Positions 1 to 8,357 are shown, numbered from the stretch's first letter. The stretch is 64,000 nucleotides of DNA from a virus (IMGVR_UViG_3300033076_001139:32001-96000), one strand, 5' to 3'. Translations and numbers: made by a program. The notes: generated by a model from the letters alone, not told the origin.

Positions 1-4
1 TGGT

Positions 5-304
5 TTACCGTCCCGTCTCAGATGACTTCTTGGCCCAGCCGACGTGCTCGCCGCGCTCGATAGCGTCAGAAACGTCGAACAATGCCGCCTCTGCTGCCCA
101 CGTTGCGTCCTTGGCCTCACAGCGCATGTACGCCACCACGTCAGCCCGCTCGTCCTCGATGGAGCGTGGCGGGACATACTTGTCGCCGTCAAGGCACGCC
201 TCGCAGACGTGTTCGTAGAGTTCTGCGCCGTAGTGGGCGACGCGGTATCCCAAGTCGTCGCGGCAGCACTTCCCCTTACAGGTAGGGCAGGGTTCGGGGG
301 TCAT
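5..304 (-). CDS. Cys-rich hypothetical protein (PCPTCKGKCC...HVCEAC)
   Basis: ATG at 304 overlaps the stop of the upstream ORF; paralogous N-terminus with 726..1055. Confidence 0.7.
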   Translation of the reverse strand: MTPEPCPTCKGKCCRDDLGYRVAHYGAELYEHVCEACLDGDKYVPPRSIEDERADVVAYMRCEAKDATWAAEAALFDVSDAIERGEHVGWAKKSSETGR

Positions 305-729
305 GACTTCTCCACTTCGGGCGAAGGGGGTGGGGCAAGGGGCATCCACACCCAGCGCGGAGGTGGTAGTACGGGCTTCCCGTCGCGTTCGGCCTGTGCG
401 GCAAGGGAGAGGCTTATCGAGTGAAGCGTAGTCTCCAACCCTTCCCCCGAGTGGGGGCGTGCCTCGGCCCCGCCGCGCTTCCACGGGTAGTAGATGGCGA
501 CCCACACGAACTCGGGGAAGTCGTCGGGAATGATGGGGGCGCGTCCGTCCCACCCGCCCTCGATCCACTTCGACGGTTCGGGGTACTCGACAACCTCCCC
601 GTCACCGATGTTCTCCACCGCCCGCTCGGCCTCGGCGCGGGTGTCGTACACCGTCGCCTCCGAGATTCGGACGGGCCAACCGAGGTCGGCGTCGTACATG
701 CCGTCGTCGTACCGGATGACGTACCTCAC
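301..729 (-). CDS. hypothetical phage protein
   Basis: 142 aa ORF, coupled start/stop with both neighbours. Confidence 0.7.
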   Translation of the reverse strand: MRYVIRYDDGMYDADLGWPVRISEATVYDTRAEAERAVENIGDGEVVEYPEPSKWIEGGWDGRAPIIPDDFPEFVWVAIYYPWKRGGAEARPHSGEGLETTLHSISLSLAAQAERDGKPVLPPPRWVWMPLAPPPSPEVEKS

Positions 730-1055
730 AGGTGCCCCCGTGCGGGCACGAAGGCCAACCCGCCGAACGAACTAACTTCCCCCGAGTCGGTGTAGTGGAC
801 GATGCGGTAGAGGTAGCCTCCCGGCACGGGGACGCGCTGCGTCTCGGCAAACCCCGGCATCATGCCCTGTTCGCAGTCCACCGTCATCCACTTGAACGGA
901 GGCGGTGCCTTGCCCACGGCGCAATCGGGGCAGATGTGTGCGTACTCTCGATCCGAGTACGAATCATCCTCCGCGTACTCGACGTGTGGTACTCGCTCGT
1001 CGGAGTAGCAGTTCAAGCAGCAGTTGCCCTTGCACGTCGGGCATGGTTCACTCAT
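726..1055 (-). CDS. Cys-rich hypothetical protein (PCPTCKGNCC...HICPDC)
   Basis: GGAGG RBS before ATG 1055; paralog of 5..304. Confidence 0.7.
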   Translation of the reverse strand: MSEPCPTCKGNCCLNCYSDERVPHVEYAEDDSYSDREYAHICPDCAVGKAPPPFKWMTVDCEQGMMPGFAETQRVPVPGGYLYRIVHYTDSGEVSSFGGLAFVPARGHL

Positions 1056-1344
1056 TAAAGCCTCCACAGTTGCGGATGATTGGCCACAGCCAGGCCAGGC
1101 ACGCCAGCACGAACACCACGTTCATGCTGACCATCGCAATACGGTGCGCCCTTTTCATCTCTGCGCCCCGCTGTTCAAGTTCCCTCATCCGCCTTGCACG
1201 GCCGGCTTCCCACGCAGCTCGGCGGGCGGGTTCCCCAGCATCCCATGCTTCGTGCGTGTAGTTAGGTATCCACTGGCGTATGTAGTCGCCCTCCGGGTCT
1301 ACACAGCGGTGCAGGCCCGGAGGGTCACTCTCGTTGGAACTCAT
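1048..1344 (-). CDS. hypothetical membrane protein
   Basis: C-terminal hydrophobic helix; coupled ORF chain. Confidence 0.65.
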   Translation of the reverse strand: MSSNESDPPGLHRCVDPEGDYIRQWIPNYTHEAWDAGEPARRAAWEAGRARRMRELEQRGAEMKRAHRIAMVSMNVVFVLACLAWLWPIIRNCGGFNE

Positions 1345-1640
1345 GCGGGACTCCAGTAGCCGAAGTCCATCTCAAACCCCCGAGGCCTTTTAGTAGACTT
1401 CCGGTAGCAGCACATGGTGATGCGTGCGGCTGTGCGGTCGGGCATCTTCAGGGCAATCCGCATCGCTTGCTTCTTCGTAAGGGCGTGCGCATGAGAGGAG
1501 AATCTCTTACCGGCACTCACTGCTTCATGGAGAGGCATCCATTTGCGAAGGCCGGGAACCCACCAGTACCTTGGCTGTCCCGAGTGTGTCTCGTAGTTCA
1601 TCGTGACGTACCAGCGTACGTTTCGTGTCCTTCGGCTCAC
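1341..1640 (-). CDS. basic hypothetical protein
   Basis: GGAGG RBS then GTG 1640; coupled chain. Confidence 0.6.
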   Translation of the reverse strand: MSRRTRNVRWYVTMNYETHSGQPRYWWVPGLRKWMPLHEAVSAGKRFSSHAHALTKKQAMRIALKMPDRTAARITMCCYRKSTKRPRGFEMDFGYWSPA

Positions 1641-1882
1641 GTCCCCTCCTTCTCGCGTTGCCGCATCTCCCAAGAGGAGATCATTTCTCCCTCTGCGGTA
1701 ATGGTGAGGTCAGGGACCTCGTCCTGGTCGCAGTCTTCACGCCAAGGAGGGTCGTAGGACTCCACTCTGTCCTCCTGCCACTCGTCGTGCAGGAGCATGA
1801 AGTCGTCTGCGATGTCCATGTTCGGTGCTTCAACAACCACGACGTAGCGGACTACGCGCGTCTGGGCATACTTGAACTTCAC
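1637..1882 (-). CDS. acidic hypothetical protein
   Basis: coupled ORF chain. Confidence 0.65.
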   Translation of the reverse strand: MKFKYAQTRVVRYVVVVEAPNMDIADDFMLLHDEWQEDRVESYDPPWREDCDQDEVPDLTITAEGEMISSWEMRQREKEGT

Positions 1883-2175
1883 AAAACATCCCGCTCAGGG
1901 AACTGCGGCAGGCATTCGCCGACGACAAAGCACGTGCCGTTGTTGTCCTGCTTGAAGATGAAGTACGGCCGGTCGCTGAACACGTTGTAGGCAACATGTG
2001 GCTGCATGCGCAGCTCAAAGTCTGCGTGCCTGTGCGCCGCGTACGCCGCACAGGCACGGGTGTACAGCTCGTACCGGTCAAGCTGGCCTTCAGAGAGCCA
2101 CTTGCTCAGGGGCACCGTACAGTCCTCAAAGAAGTCCAAAGCATTGAGCGCAACGCAGGTCATGCGCCGCGTCAC
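1879..2175 (-). CDS. hypothetical protein
   Basis: coupled ORF chain. Confidence 0.65.
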   Translation of the reverse strand: MTRRMTCVALNALDFFEDCTVPLSKWLSEGQLDRYELYTRACAAYAAHRHADFELRMQPHVAYNVFSDRPYFIFKQDNNGTCFVVGECLPQFPERDVL

Positions 2176-2477
2176 GCGTTCACCACAACTTCTTCCGTCT
2201 CGACGTCGGGCTCGAATTCCGACGGGTCGATGTAGCAGACTTCCAGATCCTGCTCTCCGTCGAAGTCGACTTCCGTCAGGATGTAGCCAAGGCGGTTCAC
2301 GAAGTGAAAGTCGTTCGTGACATAGACGCCGCCGTCATCACCCTCAATCACCGTCCACAGGTTCTTCTCGGTACGCCGAGCATGGCTCAGCTCGGCGTAG
2401 TCGAACGTGAACAACTCGCCCTCAGTGATGGTGATGGGCTTGTACTTCTCTTCCCACTCTTCGAACGTCATAGGCAC
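2172..2477 (-). CDS. conserved-type acidic phage protein (LWTVIEGDDG...HFVNRLGYILTE)
   Basis: first gene after class-A promoter at 2507-2514, AGGAG RBS. Confidence 0.8.
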   Translation of the reverse strand: MPMTFEEWEEKYKPITITEGELFTFDYAELSHARRTEKNLWTVIEGDDGGVYVTNDFHFVNRLGYILTEVDFDGEQDLEVCYIDPSEFEPDVETEEVVVNA

Positions 2478-2507
2478 TCCTAGATAGCGGTGAATTCCGC
2501 TATCTAC

Positions 2508-2741
2508 TTATGCCGATTTAGCCCCGTTTTCTTTGAGCATCTCGTGGATGTCCTCTGCGAGTATCTCTACCGTCGTAACGGCATGGCCGTTCTCGCATAC
2601 ACGACGACGCGCCACGTAGTCCTGCGTGTACCAACCCACTGCCTCTTCTGCTTCGCGCATGAGGCTCCCGCTCCCGTTGGGCGCGTCAGGGGTTCGAGAG
2701 TTCACGACCTTGGTGTCCTTACCGCACTGCTGGCAGATCAT
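2508..2741 (-). CDS. NrdR-N-terminal-like zinc ribbon protein
   Basis: MxCxxCG-DTKVVNSR...RRRVC-xGH-xTTVE pattern, no ATP cone. Confidence 0.75.
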   Translation of the reverse strand: MICQQCGKDTKVVNSRTPDAPNGSGSLMREAEEAVGWYTQDYVARRRVCENGHAVTTVEILAEDIHEMLKENGAKSA

Positions 2742-2755
2742 CGTTCCTCTTCTAG

Positions 2756-2831
2756 TGGTCGGGGTACGAGGAATTGAACCTCTTTGGGCGAGATATAAGC
2801 TCGCTCCGGACGACCAGTCCGGCCTACCCCG
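2756..2831 (-). tRNA. tRNA-Ile(UAU)
   Basis: CGGGGTA/TACCCCG-A-CCA acceptor; GCGAG-CT TAT AT-CTCGC anticodon arm; GGTTCAATTCC T arm. Confidence 0.88.
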
Positions 2832-3330
2832 CTAGTACTACTAACTCTTCTATAACGTTGCCTGTAATCCTGCGCTCTATTTCCTCTCGCGAATTGCTAT
2901 CTGCAAGTTTACGTAGGATATCGGCGCGGCATGGACGAGAACACGAGGTAAAGTTTCCGCCTTTGGAGAGATGCGTCGCATTCTTTCGTTTTTGGAATTG
3001 TCTACCGCAACCGGGGCAGCAGAGCACTACCTCTTTTCTCGTTACTTTCCGTTCCTTCAAGGACTTAGCTCTGTTTTCCTCGCCTGAAACAATCTGAAGG
3101 TTTTCCAGGCGGTCATCCGTTCGGTCGCCGTTGATGTGGTCCACCTCTTCGTGCGATTCAAGTACTCTTCCGAGGCTGACGCTCATTAAGAAGCGCGCAA
3201 ACGATATTGAGGAGTGCCCCGATGTGTGGTTCCGCAGGGCGATGATGTACCTTCCACCTGCGGTATCGAGGTAGGGCCCGTAGGCTTTATAATCCACAAA
3301 AGGGCTTACGATTTGTCCTGTGTATCGCAT
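2824..3330 (-). CDS. HNH homing endonuclease with C-terminal Zn-finger
   Basis: EEVDHINGDRTDDRLENLQIVSGEEN; CPGC...CSRPC; ATG 6 nt after a TATATT -10. Confidence 0.9.
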   Translation of the reverse strand: MRYTGQIVSPFVDYKAYGPYLDTAGGRYIIALRNHTSGHSSISFARFLMSVSLGRVLESHEEVDHINGDRTDDRLENLQIVSGEENRAKSLKERKVTRKEVVLCCPGCGRQFQKRKNATHLSKGGNFTSCSRPCRADILRKLADSNSREEIERRITGNVIEELVVLAG

Positions 3331-3336
3331 GGACGT

Positions 3337-3365
3337 AATATACAACGCAGCGCTCTAACCGTCAA
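3337..3365 (-). promoter_or_regulatory. sigma70-type promoter, leaderless HNH transcript
   Basis: TTGACG-N17-TATATT-N6-ATG. Confidence 0.75.
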
Positions 3366-3390
3366 GCTCTGACCCCTGAGCTATGGGCCC
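3366..3390 (-). pseudogene. tRNA 5' remnant
   Basis: GGGCCCA-TAGCTCAG-GGGTC-AGAGC (acceptor 5' strand plus D arm) with no anticodon or T arm. Confidence 0.55.
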
Positions 3391-3469
3391 ATTCGTGCTT
3401 CGTAACATGAAGGGGGTAAAAGTGCTAAAGAAAGGGGTAACAGTCTGAGACCATTACCCCCTTCCGTGG

Positions 3470-4147
3470 TTACTCCCCGACTTCCTTGGAGAACTCGGCT
3501 GCTCCGAAGACGACGGCGACACCGTCGTTGCCGAGGTTGTTGAGCAGGAACTCGACCGCGTCGTACGTGGTCATGCCCGAGAGCATCTGCTCCTGGATTT
3601 CCTGCACGCGGCCCTTCAGGACTTCGAGGAAGGTGTCGTCCTCTCCGTTCATGATCTCGCCATACTTCTCACGAAGGCGCGCGAGCGTGTCGGTGTAGCG
3701 CATGTCTACCGGGGTCATCTTGCGGTTAACCGCATCACGGGCGTTGAGGAACTCGCGCATCCCCTCCAACTCGCGGTTGGCGAAGTCTCCCAGCTCCGCG
3801 AGGGATCCCGGATCGGGGAACGTGAAGTTGCCCCACTCGTCGATCTCGATCTCCGTCCACTTGCCGTCGAGACAAACGAACTTGGCGCGCTCCTCGACGA
3901 ACTTCGAGGCAACCGCGGGGACCTCGTATCGACCGAAGCAGTCCGCGTTCTTGATCGCGTTTCCGAGGAAGGCGACGACCGTGTTGCTGTTCAGGTACTC
4001 GCTGTCCACGAGCAGGTTGCCCTCGACGCTGACCGCATCGCAGCCCTCTTCGGCGGTCTCTACGCCGACCACCTCCATGGAGCTGAAGAGTGGAATGAGG
4101 TCCTTGATGCGGCCCTCGATGCTGATCTTGACTTTGATCATCTGCAT
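3470..4147 (-). CDS. hypothetical protein
   Basis: 225 aa, AGGA RBS, terminator downstream at about 3424-3460. Confidence 0.8.
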   Translation of the reverse strand: MQMIKVKISIEGRIKDLIPLFSSMEVVGVETAEEGCDAVSVEGNLLVDSEYLNSNTVVAFLGNAIKNADCFGRYEVPAVASKFVEERAKFVCLDGKWTEIEIDEWGNFTFPDPGSLAELGDFANRELEGMREFLNARDAVNRKMTPVDMRYTDTLARLREKYGEIMNGEDDTFLEVLKGRVQEIQEQMLSGMTTYDAVEFLLNNLGNDGVAVVFGAAEFSKEVGE

Positions 4148-4152
4148 GTGTC

Positions 4153-4359
4153 CTACCAGATGGCGCGTTCGCGCCAGTGACGTTCGTTGAACCTCAACTG
4201 CGCGTTCTCTACGCGCAGTTCTTCCATCAATGCGAGCATCTCCCTTCTCGCGTCTTCATCCGTCACGTGCTTCCGCACCAAAGACTTCATCTTGTCAATC
4301 GCAGGGCAAGTATGCCCTACCGGCTTCCAACAATCAGGCTCTTTCCACGGCATACTCAC
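4153..4359 (-). CDS. small protein with HTCPAID motif and coiled coil
   Basis: follows class-A promoter 4381-4408 and AAGGAG. Confidence 0.75.
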   Translation of the reverse strand: MSMPWKEPDCWKPVGHTCPAIDKMKSLVRKHVTDEDARREMLALMEELRVENAQLRFNERHWRERAIW

Positions 4360-4571
4360 TCCTTAAGTGCTTGCCAACTACTTATGACGCCTACTTGACG
4401 GGCATTTGATTGCGGAAAGACCGGAAATACGTGCTTCCAACGGAAGCATCTTTTTCCGGCTCGTGCACCAAATCGTGACGCGCAGACTATCTACTAGTTT
4501 CTACGTCCCGTAGCAAAACAGGCACTAAAAAAGCCGACACGAGTGCCGGCTTTCGGGAAATTACTTCGCTG

Positions 4572-5036
4572 TCAGCACGAGTCCGGGCCAAAGAAGAAGT
4601 GTCGGAACTCTTCCGTGTGCCCGTAGACGTCCAAGTAGTCGCCTACCTGCGAGAGAACCTCGCTTGTCCCTTCCGAAACGACGAGATGCGCGAGGATCTC
4701 GTCCGTAGACATGGGACGGTGGGCATATCCGAGGCTTCCGTCATCAAGAAGCGTCATCGCCACACGCCAGCCTGGTCGAGTGAGCGACGAAACCACACCA
4801 AGAAGCGTCTGAAAGTCGAGAACGACTCGCCCTGCCTCGTCGTACCAGCCGGAAGCCAGCCCGCGAGACATGCGGCGCAGTACGCCCTCGATTGCCTCGC
4901 GCTCTTTTCCTTCTTTGTAGTTGTCCGTTAGAGCAACGCCCTCGTCATCTTCGGCAGAAAGCAGGTCAATCAGCTCGCGAAGCCCTTCTTTTGTGTTCGG
5001 CTCCGACAAAAGTTCCCAACCCTTCTCGAGGTACAC
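4572..5036 (-). CDS. hypothetical protein
   Basis: GAGGT RBS, GTG start. Confidence 0.7.
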   Translation of the reverse strand: MYLEKGWELLSEPNTKEGLRELIDLLSAEDDEGVALTDNYKEGKEREAIEGVLRRMSRGLASGWYDEAGRVVLDFQTLLGVVSSLTRPGWRVAMTLLDDGSLGYAHRPMSTDEILAHLVVSEGTSEVLSQVGDYLDVYGHTEEFRHFFFGPDSC

Positions 5037-5043
5037 GACTACC

Positions 5044-5238
5044 TCAGTAGGAATGAGTGCGAAAAAACTCCTCCGAGCGGAGAAGAACCTCCTTCAGCCG
5101 GCTGTACGCCTGCGTGCGAAGAAGATCGCGCGTCCTGTCCGTGAACTTCTCTTTGTTTTCCTCGAAGTCTACGAGTTCGTTCATTGCCTCGACGGTTTCT
5201 TTGTGCAGTTCTCGGAGGATTTCAAGCTGAGTTTTCAC
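5044..5238 (-). CDS. small coiled-coil protein
   Basis: ORF in operon chain. Confidence 0.65.
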   Translation of the reverse strand: MKTQLEILRELHKETVEAMNELVDFEENKEKFTDRTRDLLRTQAYSRLKEVLLRSEEFFRTHSY

Positions 5239-5752
5239 GTGCTAGCCCCATGACGAAGATGTTTGCCTCGATCCACTCATCGGAATCCCTCCCACACATG
5301 GTGATGCGCAGAGGTCCGACCCTTCCCGCGCAGGTAAGTTCCATCGTGCGGGCGGAAGATACGAGTTCAGAAAGAACCCGACTGATCACCGTCCAATAAT
5401 ACGTAGAAAGATAGATGTCTACGTCGTCAGTTGCGTTCGCCATCATGCGTTCGAGGTGATCTCGTACGCTTTCCGGGTAGTCGGCGGGAGCCTCCAGGCT
5501 CAAGTACGTCTCAATCGTCTTCGGGTTCCGCATCCCTTGCTCAGAAACCCAGGCAACTCCGCCCCAGTCTACGAACTCTGGATTGCTGAACGCAACGGTG
5601 AGGGCCATCACGCTGTCTGTTGCTTCGAACACGAACAGGTCCGAGCCGGGATCAGACTCAATCTTCGCAAAGTAGGACCACTCGGGGCGGCCCTTCGTGC
5701 CCATGGCACGTAAAACGGTGTGAATGGCTGTCGCTACGCTGGTAGGTATCAT
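5222..5752 (-). CDS. hypothetical protein
   Basis: GGAGG RBS after class-A promoter 5767-5774. Confidence 0.75.
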   Translation of the reverse strand: MIPTSVATAIHTVLRAMGTKGRPEWSYFAKIESDPGSDLFVFEATDSVMALTVAFSNPEFVDWGGVAWVSEQGMRNPKTIETYLSLEAPADYPESVRDHLERMMANATDDVDIYLSTYYWTVISRVLSELVSSARTMELTCAGRVGPLRITMCGRDSDEWIEANIFVMGLARENSA

Positions 5753-5825
5753 TGAGCCTCCACGCGCTTATGCCCACTTCCTTGAAGTTTTGAGCTAAGA
5801 GAAAGGCCCCGAAGGGCCGGGCTCT

Positions 5826-6059
5826 CTACGCTTCGCCCACTGGGCGAAGTGCGCGCAGCCTTGACGGCGAGAGCTTGATGAGTGCTCCCGCCTCCTCATT
5901 CATGATCATCTGATCGACCGAGAGTTGGTGCTCTCGGAGCAACTGGTTGTACCTCGCCACGAGGTCAGGCTGCCGCCCATCCTCCCTCATACGCTCCTCG
6001 ACGTCGTAAATGTCCAGGATGATGCTATCGACGTGACGAACGTAGTTCCCACTAGCCAT
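5826..6059 (-). CDS. hypothetical protein
   Basis: AAGGAGG RBS after class-A promoter 6087-6114. Confidence 0.75.
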   Translation of the reverse strand: MASGNYVRHVDSIILDIYDVEERMREDGRQPDLVARYNQLLREHQLSVDQMIMNEEAGALIKLSPSRLRALRPVGEA

Positions 6060-6263
6060 CGTGAAGCAGCCTCCTTGCTGCATTTACTTATGGCAGGAGT
6101 TGCGGGAAAGTTTAGGCTAAAGAAAAACCCCACTGGTTGCCCAGTGGGGTGTGGCTTTTAGTAACCCCTCAGAGCCACGAACTGCGCCGAGCTATACGAC
6201 TCGGGGAACCCTTGATCACCCGTGCACAGGTGTGTTCCGTCTACGACTCCCACGTCTGGGAGG

Positions 6264-6344
6264 TGGTCGGGGATGCCAGATTCGAACTGGCGAAAAACCT
6301 CTTGCGCCCAAGGCAAGCGCTCTACCCGGCTGAGCTAATCCCCG
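6264..6344 (-). tRNA. tRNA-Pro(UGG)
   Basis: cloverleaf, CT TGG GC loop, CCA. Confidence 0.92.
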
Positions 6345-6353
6345 AAAAATGAG

Positions 6354-6439
6354 TGGTCCCCCCAGCTGGATTTGAACCAGCGATGGCTTGCGCTTCGGGT
6401 TAAAAGCCCGCTCCCTTCGGCCTCTCGGGACATGGGGGG
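6354..6439 (-). tRNA. tRNA-Lys(UUU), long variable arm
   Basis: CT TTT AA loop; about 14-nt variable region; CCA. Confidence 0.85.
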
Positions 6440-6451
6440 ATGAATTGTGAG

Positions 6452-6526
6452 TGGTTGGGGCGGAAGGATTCGAACCTTCGAATGCGGGAGTCAAAGTCCC
6501 GTGTCTTACCGCTTGACGACGCCCCA
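6452..6526 (-). tRNA. tRNA-Gln(UUG)
   Basis: CT TTG AC loop, CCA. Confidence 0.95.
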
Positions 6527-6541
6527 ACAAGACTTCTCAAG

Positions 6542-6627
6542 TGGTGCTTCGGGCGGGACTCGAACCCGCAAGCTCGTTAGAGCGGAGAATTTTAAGTTCC
6601 CAGTGGATACCATTTCACCACCGAAGC
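6542..6627 (-). tRNA. tRNA-Leu(UAA)
   Basis: CT TAA AA loop, long variable arm, CCA. Confidence 0.95.
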
Positions 6628-6631
6628 AATG

Positions 6632-6715
6632 TGGTGCGCGGAGAGGGAATTGAACCCTCACGCCTTTCGGCACGGGCTCCTAAGGCCCGCGTGTCTACGA
6701 TTCCACCATCCGCGC
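6632..6715 (-). tRNA. tRNA-Leu(UAG)
   Basis: CT TAG GA loop, long variable arm, CCA. Confidence 0.95.
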
Positions 6716-6719
6716 AAAA

Positions 6720-6795
6720 TGGAGCTAGTGGCCGGACTTGAACCCGCAACCTGCTGCTTACAAAGCAGCTGCTCTACCAGTTGAGCTACACTAGC
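6720..6795 (-). tRNA. tRNA-Thr(UGU)
   Basis: TT TGT AA loop, CCA. Confidence 0.95.
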
Positions 6796-6798
6796 ATG

Positions 6799-6875
6799 TG
6801 GCCTCTCAGGCAGGAGTCGAACCTGCGACCAGCAGCTTAGAAGGCTGCTGCTCTATCCTGCTGAGCTACTGAGAG
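6799..6875 (-). tRNA. tRNA-Arg(UCU)
   Basis: CT TCT AA loop, CCA. Confidence 0.95.
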
Positions 6876-6876
6876 A

Positions 6877-6951
6877 TGGTAGTCGAGGTGGGGCTCGAAC
6901 CCACAACCCCCGCCTTGTAAGGGCGATGCTCTGCCATTGAGCTACTCGACT
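6877..6951 (-). tRNA. tRNA-Val(UAC)
   Basis: CT TAC AA loop, CCA. Confidence 0.95.
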
Positions 6952-6987
6952 GCGTTAAGGATTTATACCGTTTTTGACGAACTTTTA

Positions 6988-7064
6988 TGGCTCCCGCTCC
7001 CTGACTCGAACAGGGGACCCACGGATTAACAGTCCGTTGCTCTAACCAACTGAGCTAAGCGGGA
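6988..7064 (-). tRNA. tRNA-Asn(GUU)
   Basis: CT GTT AA loop, CCA. Confidence 0.95.
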
Positions 7065-7065
7065 A

Positions 7066-7141
7066 TGGAGCAGAAGACGAGACTCGAACTCGCGACCAAC
7101 AGCTTGGAAGGCTGTGACTCTACCGACTGAGTTACTTCTGC
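7066..7141 (-). tRNA. tRNA-Gly(UCC)
   Basis: CT TCC AA loop, U73-CCA. Confidence 0.95.
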
Positions 7142-7146
7142 AAAAG

Positions 7147-7222
7147 TGGTGGAGGCGAGGGGGTTCGAACCCCTGACCCCCGGCTTGCAAAGCCGGTGCT
7201 CTCCCAACTGAGCTACGCCCCC
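7147..7222 (-). tRNA. tRNA-Ala(UGC)
   Basis: TT TGC AA loop, G3:U70, CCA. Confidence 0.95.
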
Positions 7223-7332
7223 AGCTCTCTCTGCATAACCAGGGCTAAAAGAAAGCGTCAAATCCTTTTCAGGAAAAGACGCGCTCTTTTTACGCCCGAC
7301 GCCCCTTTTCACGACGGGGCAGGGCCAAGTCT

Positions 7333-7782
7333 TCAGCGGATGTTGAAGAACTCCAACAGTCCGAGCGTGTGAGACTCTCCGATGGTCTCGTACGCAAATC
7401 CATCCGGGCTATCGCCCCACGACATGTCGCCGCAGAAGAAGAGCAGCTGCGTGTCGTCGTCTGGGTCAATGCGGCAGTAGAGATCTCGCGCGTTGCTCCC
7501 GTTCCACACCGCGTAGAGATCGGTGACGAGGTTCTCGGCGCGGCCCTGGATTGCTCCCGGCCTCTCGTCCTCGAAGTCTTCAAGCTCGTAGTCAATATCC
7601 ATCAGAGAGCGGTCAACAATCTTCTGCGCCTCAGGCGAGATGCCTCGCCCTTCGCGATGATCAATCGCAGCCTGGTTCAAGAGGTTGAGTGCATTCACGA
7701 CGCACTCAACCGCAGCTGCACGCTTCTCTTCCGGCAAATCACGCGGGCCCTTCAAAAGGTACCCGATGAGGTCAGCTCCCAT
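7333..7782 (-). CDS. hypothetical phage protein (MGADL...GDMSWGDSP)
   Basis: 149 aa, AGGAG RBS. Confidence 0.8.
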   Translation of the reverse strand: MGADLIGYLLKGPRDLPEEKRAAAVECVVNALNLLNQAAIDHREGRGISPEAQKIVDRSLMDIDYELEDFEDERPGAIQGRAENLVTDLYAVWNGSNARDLYCRIDPDDDTQLLFFCGDMSWGDSPDGFAYETIGESHTLGLLEFFNIR

Positions 7783-8061
7783 TTACTCAGTCTCCTTTAC
7801 GCTCTTTGCTACTGCCATGAAGTAGTCGAGCGGTACGATTTGTCGCGAGCCATCGTCCTGCATGAAATACACAAGTGGCTTGCTGTCTCCTGAGATGATG
7901 CTAACGACGTCACCAGCATGGCCCCGCAGACGCCAGTGACTTCCAATCGCAGGGCCCTCAACCTCTTCAGCGGGGGACTCCTTCAGAGAAAACAACACCT
8001 TCGCAATCGCAGCAGTGGCCAGGCCGACAATGAAAGAAACTACACAGCAGATGATCATCAT
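7783..8061 (-). CDS. membrane-anchored hypothetical protein
   Basis: N-terminal hydrophobic helix; coupled chain. Confidence 0.65.
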   Translation of the reverse strand: MMIICCVVSFIVGLATAAIAKVLFSLKESPAEEVEGPAIGSHWRLRGHAGDVVSIISGDSKPLVYFMQDDGSRQIVPLDYFMAVAKSVKETE

Positions 8062-8357
8062 GGCTCTTCCTCGGTGATGCACAGTTTAAGGGCTTCAGCA
8101 AGTGTGTACTGTTCGGTGTGGCTAGTTCGGTCGTACGGCCTCCGGTCGCCTGTAGGTACGTCATGCGTGACGAAGATGTGGTTGTCGGTGCCGTACTGGT
8201 CGATGTAAACCTCCGCGCACCAAAGGCTGGTAGCATCCGGTTCAATCAGCCCGCTCGCCTTCGCCCGCCGAAGTGTTTCATGAAGCAGTCTCCGTTCAAC
8301 AATCCGTTGGAACCACAGGAACGGATCTACGTCTGCCTTACCTACTTCTACATTCAT
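8058..8357 (-). CDS. hypothetical protein
   Basis: AGGAGGAG RBS. Confidence 0.65.
   Translation of the reverse strand: MNVEVGKADVDPFLWFQRIVERRLLHETLRRAKASGLIEPDATSLWCAEVYIDQYGTDNHIFVTHDVPTGDRRPYDRTSHTEQYTLAEALKLCITEEEP

Noticed and set aside
6137-7312. Short ORFs over the tRNA cluster
   Set aside because: They overlap clear tRNA cloverleaves
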